From Camelus ferus (taxonomy: Eukaryota), in the NCBI RefSeq assembly GCF_009834535.1, contig NC_045696.1:86554001-86618000 (forward strand): 64,000 nucleotides of DNA, given 5' to 3'. Below are positions 1 to 11,929 of this stretch, one piece after another (the stretch's first letter is position 1; each line of letters starts with the position of its first letter). The notes beneath the pieces were generated by a model, which ran no database searches, was not told the DNA's origin, and saw only the letters and a program-made list of their open reading frames with translations. Position numbers and translations under genes: made by a program.

Positions 1-509
1 GGGCGCCAACGGAGGGCCTCTGAAAACAGCAAGCTGAGCTTCCAAAACAGGACAAAGACAGAAAGACTTCACAGTAAAAGCACACACACTCCAGGAGAAC
101 ACCGACAACCCCCCCCCCCTTTTTTTTTAATCTGTTTTTACCTGTTCTATTTTCTATTACTCTCTTAATCTTTACTTCTTAATTCATTTCTATTTCTCTT
201 GGGTTTTGATGTCCTGCTATTGATTAGACACAGGTTTCAAATACATCTGTTCATCCCCCCCCCCCTTTTTTTGTAAAGGTTTCAAAAGGACATCTCAACC
301 CGATTAATACTCTGCTTCAACTCACTCTTCTATTATTCATTATACACTGTTTTCAAACCCTCTTTCTCCCTTCTTTTAAAATTCTTTCTCTCTCTCATTT
401 TTTTTTCTTTTTTTCCTAAGTTCTATTCCTAAATAGGCATCAGATAGATAAAATCCTTAAGGACCAAAATAAACAACTGATACTCCATAAACCACAGTGC
501 CAAAGAGGT

Positions 510-1412
510 ATGAGCAAGATGAAGAAGCAGAAAAACCTTTCCCAATTAAAAGAACAAGAGAAATCCCCTGAAAGAAAGATCAACGAAATAGACATCAATA
601 GCCTACTAGATCAAGATTTCAAAAAAGGAGTGATCGAATTGCTGAAGGAATTAAAAGAGATAGTGTTTAGAGATATAAAGTATGTCAAAAATGCAATTGA
701 AGCTATAAAGAAGAGCCAAGTAGAATGGGTAAACTCATTGACAGAGATGAGGAATGATCTAATAGCTGTGCAAAGCCGACTAGATAATGCAGAGGAACGA
801 ATTAGTGATCTAGAAGACAGGGCAATAGAAAGCACCCATTCAGAAGAACTACAAGAGAAGCAAATAAAAAATAATGAAAATAGCATAAGGGACCTATGGG
901 ATAATATAAAGCGTCCCAATCTTCGCATAATAGGGGTCCCAGAAGGAGAAGAAAGATCAAAGGGGATTGAAAAGGTTTTTGAAGAAATCATGACTGAAAA
1001 CTTCCCAAACTTAAAGAAGGAATCAAATATCCAAGTACAGGAAGCTCAGAGGGTCCCAAACAGGAAGAACCCAAATAGACCCACACCAACACATATCATA
1101 ATCAAGATGGCCAGAGTCAAGGATAAAGAAATGATTCTAAAGGCAGCCAGAGAAAAGCAAAGAGTAAGTTACAAGGGAACCCCCATAAGGCTCTCAGCTG
1201 ATTTCTCTACACAAACACTACAGGCCAGAAGGGAGTGGCAAGATATATTCAAAGCCCTGAATGAAAAAAAGATGCAGCCTAGGATCCTTTATCCAGCAAG
1301 GCTATCCTTGAGGATAGAAGGAGAAATAAAGAGTTTCACAGACAAAAAAAAGCTGCAGGAGTTTAGCAACACTAAACCCATGCTAAAAGAAATATTGAAA
1401 GGGCTATTCTAA
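510..1412 (+). CDS. L1 ORF1p (coiled coil, RRM and CTD RNA-binding chaperone), intact, 300 aa
   Basis: Uninterrupted ORF with L1 ORF1 motifs NLRIIGVPEGEE, ENFPNL, IRLSADFS, TLQARREW, YPARLS. Confidence 0.96.
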   Translation: MSKMKKQKNLSQLKEQEKSPERKINEIDINSLLDQDFKKGVIELLKELKEIVFRDIKYVKNAIEAIKKSQVEWVNSLTEMRNDLIAVQSRLDNAEERISDLEDRAIESTHSEELQEKQIKNNENSIRDLWDNIKRPNLRIIGVPEGEERSKGIEKVFEEIMTENFPNLKKESNIQVQEAQRVPNRKNPNRPTPTHIIIKMARVKDKEMILKAAREKQRVSYKGTPIRLSADFSTQTLQARREWQDIFKALNEKKMQPRILYPARLSLRIEGEIKSFTDKKKLQEFSNTKPMLKEILKGLF

Positions 1413-1816
1413 ATAGAAAAGCAGCAGGATGCTACAGAAATGAGAAACACACAACTGGAAAGGTGATAACTCATGAATTACAAATAAAGTAAACATGAAA
1501 TTATAAAAGAAGACATACAAATCACTGAGAGTGGGAGAGGGAGGCAGGGAAATATAGAATATTTTTTTCTTTCTTTTTAAAATTTTTTTAACAGTAGGAT
1601 GGGTTTGAGATCATGTTACTATCAGTTTAATAAAAACAGTTATAGTAATGGGTTGATAGATTTACAAAAAAGGGTAACCACAAGCCAAAAATTTACAAAG
1701 GAGTCACAAAAATTAAATAAAATCCATGGTAATACAAAGGAAAATTACCAAACCACAAAAGGAAGAAGAAAGGAACAAAGAGGATATACCAATTCAACTG
1801 CAAAGATAAGTTCAAA

Positions 1817-4800
1817 ATGGCAATAAACACACATCTATCATTAATTACTGTAAATGTTAATGGACTAAATGCTCCAGTCAAAAGACACAGAGTGGCAGAC
1901 TGGATAATAAAGCAAGAACCTTCAATATGCTGCATACAAGAGACCCACTTTAGGGAGAAGGACACATATAGATTGAGAGTGAAAGGATGGAAAAGGATAT
2001 TCCATGCAAATGGAAAAGCCAAAAAAGCAGGTGTTGCAGTACTGATTTCAGACAAAATAGACTTTAAAACAAAGGCCATAAAGAAAGATAAAGAAGGACA
2101 TTTTATAATGATTAAAGGAGTGATACAAGATGAGGATATTACACTCATTAATATATATGCACCCAATATAGGAGCACCTAAGTACATACAAGAATTACAA
2201 ACAGAGATAAAGGGGGATATTAATGGGAATACAATCATAGTTGGAGATTTTAACACTGCATTAACATCACTAGACAGATCTTCCAGACAGAAAATAAACA
2301 AGGCAACAGAGAAATTAAATACTACAATAGAAAAACTAGATTTGGTGGATATTTTCAGAGCATTACACCCCCCAAAAATAGGATATACATTCTTTTCAAG
2401 TGCACATGGAACATTTTGCAGGATCGATCATGTACTTGGGCACAAAAGAAACCTCAACAATTTTAAGAAGATAGAAATTATCTCAAGCATCTTTACTGAC
2501 CACAATGCCATGAAACTGGAAATCAACAACAGAGAAACAAAGGAGAAAAAAAGGAAAGCATGGAGATTAAACAATATGTTATTGAAAAAACAATGGATCA
2601 ATGAGGAAATCAAAGCTGAAATTAAAAAATACCTTGAGACAAATGATAATGAAAGCACAACCACTCAAAACCTATGGGACACAGCAAAGGCAGTGCTAAG
2701 AGGGAAGTTTATAGCTGATACAGGCCTTCCTCAAAAAAGAAGAACAATCTCAAATAAACAATTTAACCCACCACCTGAATGAATTAGAAAAAGAAGAACA
2801 AAAAGCCCCAAAAAGCAGCAGAAGGAAGGAAATAATAAAGATCAGAGAGGAATTAAATACGATAGAGATTAACAAGACCATAGAAAAAATCAACCAAACC
2901 AAAAGCTGGTTTTTTGAAAAAGTAAATAAAATCGACAAACCTCTGGCCAAACTCACAAAGAAGAAAAAAGAGAGAGCACAAATTAGCAAAATAAGAAAGG
3001 AAAATGGAGAAATTACAACAAACAAAATAGAAATACAGAATATCATACGAGAATATTATGAAACACTATATGGAACCAAACTGGATAACCTAGAGGAGAT
3101 GGACGAGTTTCTGGAAACATACTGTCCACCAAAACTGAATCAAGAAGAATCTGAACACTTGAACAATCCGATCCCTAGAAAGGAAATAGAAATAGCAATT
3201 AAAAACCTCCCTACAAATAAAAGTCCAGGACCGGACGGCTTCACCAGGGAATTCTACCAAACATACAAAGAAGAACTCATACCAGTCCTTCTCAAACTCT
3301 TCCAGACGATTGAAAAGGAGGGAATACTCCCAAACTCATTCTATGAAGCCACCATCACCCTGATACCAAAACCAGGCAAAGACACTACAAAAAAAGAGAA
3401 TTATAGGCCAATATCACTGATGAACATAGACGCCAAAATCCTCACCAAAATTTTAGCAAATAGAATCCAACAACACATAAAAAAGATTATACATCATGAC
3501 CAAGTGGGGTTCATCCCAGGGACACAAGGCTGGTTCAACATACGCAAATCAATCAGTGTAATACATCACATCAACAAGAGAAAGGACAAAAACCACATGA
3601 TCATCTCAATCGATGCAGAAAAAGCATTTGATAAAATTCAACACCCATTTATGATAAAAACTCTCGCCAAAGTGGGTATAGAGGGAACATATCTCAACAT
3701 AATAAAAGCTATATATGACAAACCTACAGCCAGCATAGTACTCAACTGTGAAAAACTCAAAAGCTTCCCACTAAAATCTGGGACAAGACAAGGATGCCCA
3801 CTATCACCACTCCTATTCAACATAGTCCTGGAAGTCCTAGCCACAGCAGTCAGGCAAGAGAAAGAAATAAAAGGGATCCAAATTGGAAAAGAAGAGGTAG
3901 AAGTGTCATTATATGCTGATGACATGTTACTATATATAGAAAACCCTAAAAGGTCCACACAAAAGCTACTAGAGCTGATTGAAGAATTCAGCAAGGTAGC
4001 AGGTTACAAAATTAACGTTCAAAAATCAGTTGCATTTCTTTACACTTACGATAAATCAACAGAAATAGAAAGTAAAGAAACAATCCCCTTTAAAATAGCA
4101 CCCAAAGTAATAAAATATCTGGGAATAAGTCTAACCAAGGAGGTGAAAGAATTATACACAGAAAACTATAAACCATTGATGAAGGAAATTAAAGAAGACT
4201 TTAAAAAATGGAAAGATATTCCATGCTCTTGGATTGGAAGAATCAATATTGTTAAAATGGTCACACTGCCCAAGGCAATCTACAGATTTAATGCAATCCC
4301 TATCCAATTACCCAGGACATATTTCACAGAACTAGAAAAAATCATAATAAAATTCATATGGAACCATCAAAGACCTAGAATTGCCAAAGCATTACTGAAG
4401 AGAAAGAAAGAGGCTGGAGGAATAACTCTCCCAGACTTCAGACAATACTACAGAGCTACAGGTCATCAAGACAGCATGGTATTGGTACCAAAACAGACAT
4501 ATAGACCAATGGAACAGAATAGAGAGCCCAGAAATGAACCCACAAACTTTTGGTCAACTCATCTTTGACAAAGGAGGCAAGAATATACATTGGAATAAAG
4601 ACAGTCTCTTCAGCAAATGGTGTTGGGAAAACTGGACAGCAGCATGTAAAACAATGAAGCTAGAACACTCCCTTACACCATATACAAAAATCAACTCAAA
4701 ATGGATTAAAGACTTAAACATAAGACAAGATACAATAAACCTCCTAGAGGAAAACATAGGCAAAACACTATCTGACATACATCTCAAAAATTTTCTCCTA

Positions 4801-5615
4801 GAAGAAATAAAAGCAAGAATAAACAATGGGACCTAATGAAACTTACAAGCTTCTGCACAGCAAAGGAAACCAGAAATAAAACAAGAAGAAAACCTACGGA
4901 ATGGGAGAAAATTTTTGCAAGTGAAACCGACAAAGGCTTGATCTCCAGAATATATAAGCAGCTCATACGACTCAATAAGAAAAAAATAAACAACCCAATC
5001 CAAAAATGGGCAGAAGACCTAAACAAGCAATTCTCCAAGGAAGACATACAAATGATCAAAAAGCACATGAAAAAATGCTCCATATCACTAATTATCAGAG
5101 AAATGCAAATCAAAACTACAATGAGGTATCACCTCACACCAGTCAGAATGGCCGTCATTCAAAAATCCACAAATGACAAATGCTGGAGAGGCTGTGGAGA
5201 AAGGGGAACCCTCCTACACTGCTGGTGGGAATGCAGTTTGGTGCAGCCACTATGGAAAACAGTGTGGAGATTCCTCAAAAGACTAGGAATAGACTTACCC
5301 TATGACCCAGGAATCCCACTCCTGGGCTTGTATCCAGAAGGAAATCTACTTCAGGATGACACCTGCACCCCAATGTTCATAGCAGCACTATTTACAATAG
5401 CCAAAACATGGAAACAGCCTAAATGTCCATCAACAGGTGACTGGATAAAGCAGAAGTGGTATATTTATACAATGGAATACTACTCAGCCATAAAAACCGA
5501 CAACATAATGCCATTTGCAGCAACATGGATGCTCCTGGAGAATGTCATTCTAAGTGAAGTAAGCCAGAAAGAGAAAGAAAAATACCATATGAGATCGCTT
5601 ATAAGTGGAATCTAA
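1817..5615 (+). pseudogene. L1 ORF2p (APE endonuclease, reverse transcriptase, CCHC domain), interrupted by three 1-bp indels
   Basis: EN motifs NVNGLN, CIQETH, VGDFN, RIDH, TDH; PIP-box-like TKSWFFEK (~2898-2921); RT motifs QGCPLSP and YADD; C-terminal [18 protein letters not shown]. Frameshifts are +1 at ~2716, +1 at ~4461 and -1 at ~4825; no in-frame stops in the joined frames. Confidence 0.96.
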
Positions 5616-7999
5616 AAAACAAAAACAAAAACAAACAAACAAACAAAAACAAAGCATAAATACAGGACAGAAATAGACTCACAGACAGAGAATACAGACT
5701 TGTGGTTACCAGAGGGGTGGAGGGTGGGAAGGGAAAGACTGGGATTTCAAAATTGTAGAAGAGATAAACAAGATTACACTGTATAGCACAGGGAAATATA
5801 CACAAAATGTTATGATAACTCACAGAGAAAAAAATGTGACAATGAGTGTGTATATGTCCATGAACGACTGAAAAATTGTGCTGAACACTGGAATTTGACA
5901 CAACATTGTAAAATGATTATAAATCAATAAAAAATTAAAAAAAAAAAAAGGCTGCTGGAAGGGAAAAAAAATTCTGGATGAAATTATCATGTAGAAAGAA
6001 GAAAAAAGGCAGCAAAATACTTGATAAGAAAAAGTGATGATGATGTTGGTAGATGACAAGAAGCACAAAGTAGAAAGAATTAAAAATAAATTCCAGATAA
6101 TGTGAACCACAAGGGAGCAGAATAGATTTGGAAGAGATTGAGAGATTGTACAGATTACCCAGAAATTACAGCACAGATTTTGAATTCTAACTTTATTCAT
6201 TTTCCGCAGCAAATAAATAAATAATAAATACAAAAAGATACAAATAAATAGCTCTGAAATTATTTCATCTGCGAGGAGGCATTGGCTAAGTATGGCAAAC
6301 CTGATACTCCAATTGTAACTTTTGCTGGCATCTAAATGATTTAACTTATGATTTATAACTTATATTGCCTTATGCATGAACATTTTCTTATGTGAAATTA
6401 TTTTCTGTTTTAACTTATATTCTATCAATTTTTCTCAAATAATGTTGAGACCTTGAAAAGAAAACTTAGAAGAATCTGGGGAAAAAAAAACATTTTGCCT
6501 TTCCTTTTCCTGCAACCTAAATTTTACTTCTCAGCATAATGTGGAAAGGCTACAGTAGTATATTACTTAACATGTTTTCTTTATAAAAATAAATTTATAA
6601 AATCATTTGACATATTATCAGAAGAATATTCTTCAAGTTAATTAGGTAGGATTTCAATATTTTTCAATTCCCTCTACCCCAAACACTATGAATTTAAATG
6701 CCAACTTGAAAGTCTGGGATTTTATGATTTTAACATTTTGCTTTCTTTCACAAAATTTTAGTATAAAAATTATTGAGACAGTTGACATTTTAATTTATGC
6801 TGGCAAGGACTGTGGAATTAAGGAATGTGAAAAATATGTGTTCAAACTTAATTTTATGAACATATCTAGGGGTTGGTGGTGGTGGTACTGTCCTTTAAAG
6901 CTAAGCTCCATTTTTGCAATGATGGTTTGTCCTGAAAAGGTGTTCTGTCCAAGTTGTTTGAAAAGTCCCAGGGTTCTGGTCTATACTAGTCATGTCTGAG
7001 TATATTAGAAGTGATAATCATGAAAAAAAGAGTAAGCTTATGAATACACAATTACAAATCTTAAATTGAATCATTTCCTTGCTGCCAATGAGGTGTGTCT
7101 CAACTCATGAAATACTGCGTACAGGCACTGATAGTAAAGAGTATTACTTGGCTTTGCAAGAATTAAGTTGAGGCAGATATTCCTTGTGATGGGTTTGGTC
7201 TCACTGTTTTGCCTTATTTAAAATATAGAGATATAAGAATTATGTGCAGGAAAGAACAGGTATTATACAACTCTTCTCACTCTCAATTTTGTTAATTTGA
7301 ACAGTTTTTATTGTAAGCAGAGAGAGGACAAACATAATTTCATTTGTTGTTTTGCTAAGAAATAGACAAAGTAAGACTGTGATAGACCTAGAGCAAAATC
7401 AGTTTTATGCATCACAGAGTTTGGAAAATGTGGGTGAAAGATTCTTAGTCAACAACATTCACTTGGAAAATCTTTTTTCATTTTGTCATTATAGATTTGA
7501 TGTACTTCATTTATCTAAATATCATGTCTCTTACTGCTCAATGCTCTTTTCTTTCTTTAGCTGTTTTCGATTAATTATGTCTCTAGGAAGCCACAGGCAT
7601 ACGTTAAAAAAAAGTTCATGTAGTTGAAATGTATGCTTTCCACATCTCAAAATAGTAAAGGTATGAGGGTGGTTTATTAGTAATTTACAGTAAGGCATTG
7701 TTTCTTCTTCTTTGACTCATGTATTCTCACTCTACTCTGTAATTTTTGGAAAACCAAGCAGACATTAAAGCAGTTAATGGACAACATCTGCAGTCCATAA
7801 ACTACTCAGTAATGTATGTGAAAAACCAGAAAATATTCTACTTTTCCAACACTTCAGTTCCTAGTGAATAGGAAATTATCACTGCTTTCTCTTATCAGGG
7901 TGTAACTTCGGAAACAATCATAGAAATGTGGTCCCTCACTTGAATTATTGCCTTCCATTAGGATTTATTGTGTTGTACCAGGGGAAAATATTAGTTTTA

Positions 8000-8130
8000 G
8001 AGTTCATAGACATGAGCTATAATCGGTTCTCTTCATATGTGTTTGTGGGTAAGTAATTTCATACTTCCAGTGTTCCGTCTTCTTATCTATCAAATGAGGG
8101 ATTTGGAATATATTATATCAAATTTTCTAA
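8000..8130 (+). mobile_element. MIR-family SINE fragment (highly diverged)
   Basis: Core-like string gggtaagtaatttcatacttccagtgttccgtcttcttatctatcaaatgaggg. Confidence 0.5.
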
Positions 8131-8143
8131 GAGATATATAGTA

Positions 8144-8458
8144 TTTTTAAATTGAAGAACAGTTGATTTATAGTGTGTTAATTTCTGGTATACAGCATAA
8201 TGATTCATTTATATATGTGTGTGTGTATATATATATATATACTCCTTTTCATATTCTTTTTCATTATAGGCTATTATAAGGTATTGAATATACCTCCCTG
8301 TGCTATATTGCAAAACCTTATTGTTTATCTATTTTATATATAGTAGTTAGTATCTGCAAATCCCAAACACCCAACTTATCCCTCCCCACCTCATTTTTCC
8401 CCTGGTAACCATAAATTTGTTTTCTGTATCTGTGAGCCTTTCTCTGTTTTGTAAGTAA
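8144..8458 (-). mobile_element. 5'-truncated L1 3' UTR fragment
   Basis: Reverse complement of the L1 3' terminus (attgaag..gttgattta, cctggtaaccataaatttgttttct), with a TG/TA microsatellite at ~8210-8241. Confidence 0.85.
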
Positions 8459-10719
8459 GTAGCATTTTATAAGGACAGGAAGTTTTACCTTCTTCAAAAT
8501 TCCAGCTATATAGAGTCACTTACATATGTATGTATAGTTTAAAAATAAATAAATAAACTGATAAATAAATAATCACGTGTAATCTTTAGTTTATTTAGTT
8601 TTGTGTAGTTAGAGCTATATCATGGCCACAGAGCAACATGTAAACTAACTCAAGAGGTTACCTTCTTAAACAAGGTTCAGCTTTCTCACCACAAGAGGCA
8701 ACCAAAAGTATACTACTGCCATTGTTTTGTATAGATTCTCTCATTATAATATATTATCATGCTGTATTTCTAAACAATTTCTGAAATGAGCCAGGTTAAA
8801 AAATGTGTTAGTATTTTATAGATTTTAATTGTTATAATTAAAAAGGTGATGTTTTGGATATGCAAAAATAAAAGTAAGAAGTGATTGCACATGGAAGAAT
8901 ATTTATCTAATGAAAAAATTCATTTTTCCTTTATACATATGCATATCGTTGTACTGTGATGTGTAACTTTCACCCACTCTTGGGCTTTAAACAAGTCATC
9001 TTGATGTACATGTGTATTCAAATGATTCTTTTCAGAATGAGATCATAATTCAATAACCTCATTTTATACACAGCTTATGGATTCACAGCTCACAGCTTGA
9101 CTGGTTCTTATGCTTAGAACAGTTTGCTTTTTTCTGGTGGCTTAGCAACTTACTGGTGCAGTTGTTGGTTTGCCTTTTATCATCTGTTTAAATATAAAAA
9201 ATCTCATCCTGTACGTAAAATCTCAGCATGCGTTAGAGCTCTAAAGCAAGCAAGAGAAAGGAGTATTTATAAAACCTTAATTTCTGCTAACCTCCTTTTT
9301 TACATCTTTCTGTAGAACATCATTTTTAAAATATAAAATTAACTGTGAATGGACAGATCAGTGTAGAAATGTCATCAGCACTTAATACTTTAACCAAATG
9401 ACCAGAAGAAGTAATATATGAATTATAATCACTAAGAAAAACATATGCATTCATTCATGTATGAAATTTTTCAGCTTGCAGGATTTAAAAGCAATAAATC
9501 TAGGGATAGCAGTAGAGAAATTTTGAATTCAAATATTGTAATTTATTTTTAATGTCCTAGTGATAAATACTACACATACAAGGTAGGGAACCATATCACT
9601 CCTGAATGGTTTTCCATTTTGATAGTGGATAAACCATGAGTCAAAGATTATATAATCAAGGTATACAGTTATTGAGAAACTAGGCTAAAAGAGGGGTTGA
9701 AATCAAACCTTTCACAGAATTTCCTTGCTGCTTTTTCATTTCACTGAAGCAATTCAGTTCACTGAATGTCATTAAGTAAAATGGAGCTCAAAAATCAGAG
9801 CAATTACAAGAGAGAAATGCTGTAAAGATTTAAATGTGTCCTAAAATGGGACCCTGGTCCTGATGTTACATTATTTGTTAATTTAATGTCTCCATTTTAG
9901 CAGTTGCCCCTCAGCAAACACAAAATATAAAATCAACTGGTTTACTGTTAGGTTTCAGCACAACTGCTGACAATCATTTTACTTCATCTGTGTCAACTGA
10001 AGGGACTTGTACTGTATACACTGAAGTCCAGAGCCATCTGGAGTTTAATCACATCAATTTTAAGAAACTATTTTGTTGGTTTAGCTTCTAATCTTTTAAA
10101 ATCAGTAGTTTCCTCTTAAGACTTTACTTCAAGCATCATGATTAAGCCTGAAGCCTGGGTGTCTATTCCAATTCTCCACATGGGCTCCTATTAAACCAGT
10201 TTTCTTGTATGTGACTAAGAGTAAGTGTGTGTGTGTACATTATAAACGATAAATTGTTCTCAGTGGTTGTGAACAGGTAGTAAGAAATTCAAAGTATAGG
10301 GCTACTGGGACATTAGCCTTTAACGGAACTTCAAAGACAACTGCTACTGAAAATTAACTAGAAAACCCAAAGTGAATTCTCATCCTCTTCACTAAACTTA
10401 GCACCAGTCTATACTGTTAAGGTCATTCAGAGACACTCATTATCTTGCTATTTCTTTAATCTCTTTTATACCAGTTAGTAATGTTGCTTAAATTTCTGGC
10501 TCTAAATCTAGCTGTTAATAAATTTCTTTTAGCTTGCACTTTGAAGTACAATTATTTGATGCTTATTCCCAAAGTTTCTACTTCAATATTGGGATACATC
10601 AGCATAGAATACCATGCAAATAAAATAAGGCACATGGTTTTCATGTACTTTGAACTTTACAGACTGAAATTCCCAAATACTTATATTTTTAACGTCTTAC
10701 TCTCTTCACAGACATTCCT

Positions 10720-11015
10720 CATGTGTTAATCTTGAAAGTTTCCTCATTCTTCAAATACTATGCCAAATAGTTCTTTTTTCTAAAAAAATTTCCAAAATTT
10801 CCATGGCAAATTTAGATGTTTCTTTTATGCTTTCATTCACTTGAAACACACTGGCTTTATGATTTTTAAGCTTTAATATGTTACAATTACATATGTGTGT
10901 GTCTCAGAATAAGATCATATGGAAAAGATTCTGTTTGTGTATGCGTGTGTGTTTCACAATACCAGAATCCAGTCTTCTGCTTGATCAATAACCTCTGACT
11001 GAATCAGTGAATGAT
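10720..11015 (+). mobile_element. Probable L2 3' fragment
   Basis: Degenerate L2-like sequence ending tgactgaatcagtgaatga. Confidence 0.35.
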
Positions 11016-11929
11016 CGCAAGAAAACATTCACTCATCCAGAGCATCCATTCCAAAAATGTGTGCTTCCATTCCCTAAATGCCTATAATTTGACTATAGAT
11101 AAATCATACCAATTCTATCATGAGCTTTGAATAAACATAAAATTACATGGTGCACTACACCTGGAATGTGAGTGAGTAGGTACTTAGGCAAATAACAATG
11201 TGACAAGTTATTGCTTTTGTATTTGATTACCTAGAAGTCAAATGGCTACCTAGGAATATAGCAAACATCACTGCTCATCTTTATGAATCAAAGTCCCCCT
11301 GATGGCAATTATAGTCTGACTCATGTTACTATAATTACTTTCACATTGTTTCTGTAGATTAAGTGATGCTACTTGGCCATTCTAAAATTCTAGGAAGGGT
11401 TTTCCAAAGGCAGTATTCCCTGTTAACTTCCACCTTCAGAGGACAGTCATGACTGAGATTTTCAGAGACTGGACTGAGTCCCACTGATTGGTTTAGAAAA
11501 ATATACTCTGTGATCTCCTGGGGAATTGGTCCGTGTGGATTCTCGAGCCTCACAAGATAAAATCATAACACTTCAGTCTTTCCTCCTAGGCCTTCTGATC
11601 CCTTCCCATATACTGTTCAAGAGTAGTACCAGACTCTTTACCTCATCTACTGTTGACTTTCTATGTTTATAAGCTTCAAGGAACAATTTCAGCAATAGAT
11701 TAATATTGATTCCAAAAGTTCCTACCATAATGTATCTCCTATTCAGCCTTCTACCACTGGTCAACAAAACAAAAAAACTCCTCATGTTCAACTCCAAGTA
11801 TATCCACTTGTTCCTACTAAACTATATTAGCCAAGCTTTGCAATCCTTTCAATATGTACAATTTTCCTTCCAGAGTAGAGAGCACAAACTGTATTGAGAC
11901 CTGATCATTGGCCTGCAAACAATAAGGAG

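Larger units (their letters stand above)
1..5949 (+). mobile_element. Young, near full-length LINE-1 (5' end lies upstream of the window)
   Basis: Partial 5' UTR with pyrimidine-rich tracts (1-509), ORF1 510-1412, spacer 1413-1816, ORF2 1817-5615, 3' UTR, then AATAAA and A-tail at ~5926-5949. Confidence 0.98.

Noticed and set aside
611..5113. Several antisense ORFs over the first L1 (611-991, 1693-2301, 2428-2664, 2750-3046, 3638-3994, 4554-4826, 4784-5113)
   Set aside because: These are shadow frames typical of the T-rich antisense strand of L1 and have no independent motifs
9899..10091. About 63 open codons after a ttttag acceptor-like site
   Set aside because: No convincing donor, no recognisable peptide, and the length is within chance expectation
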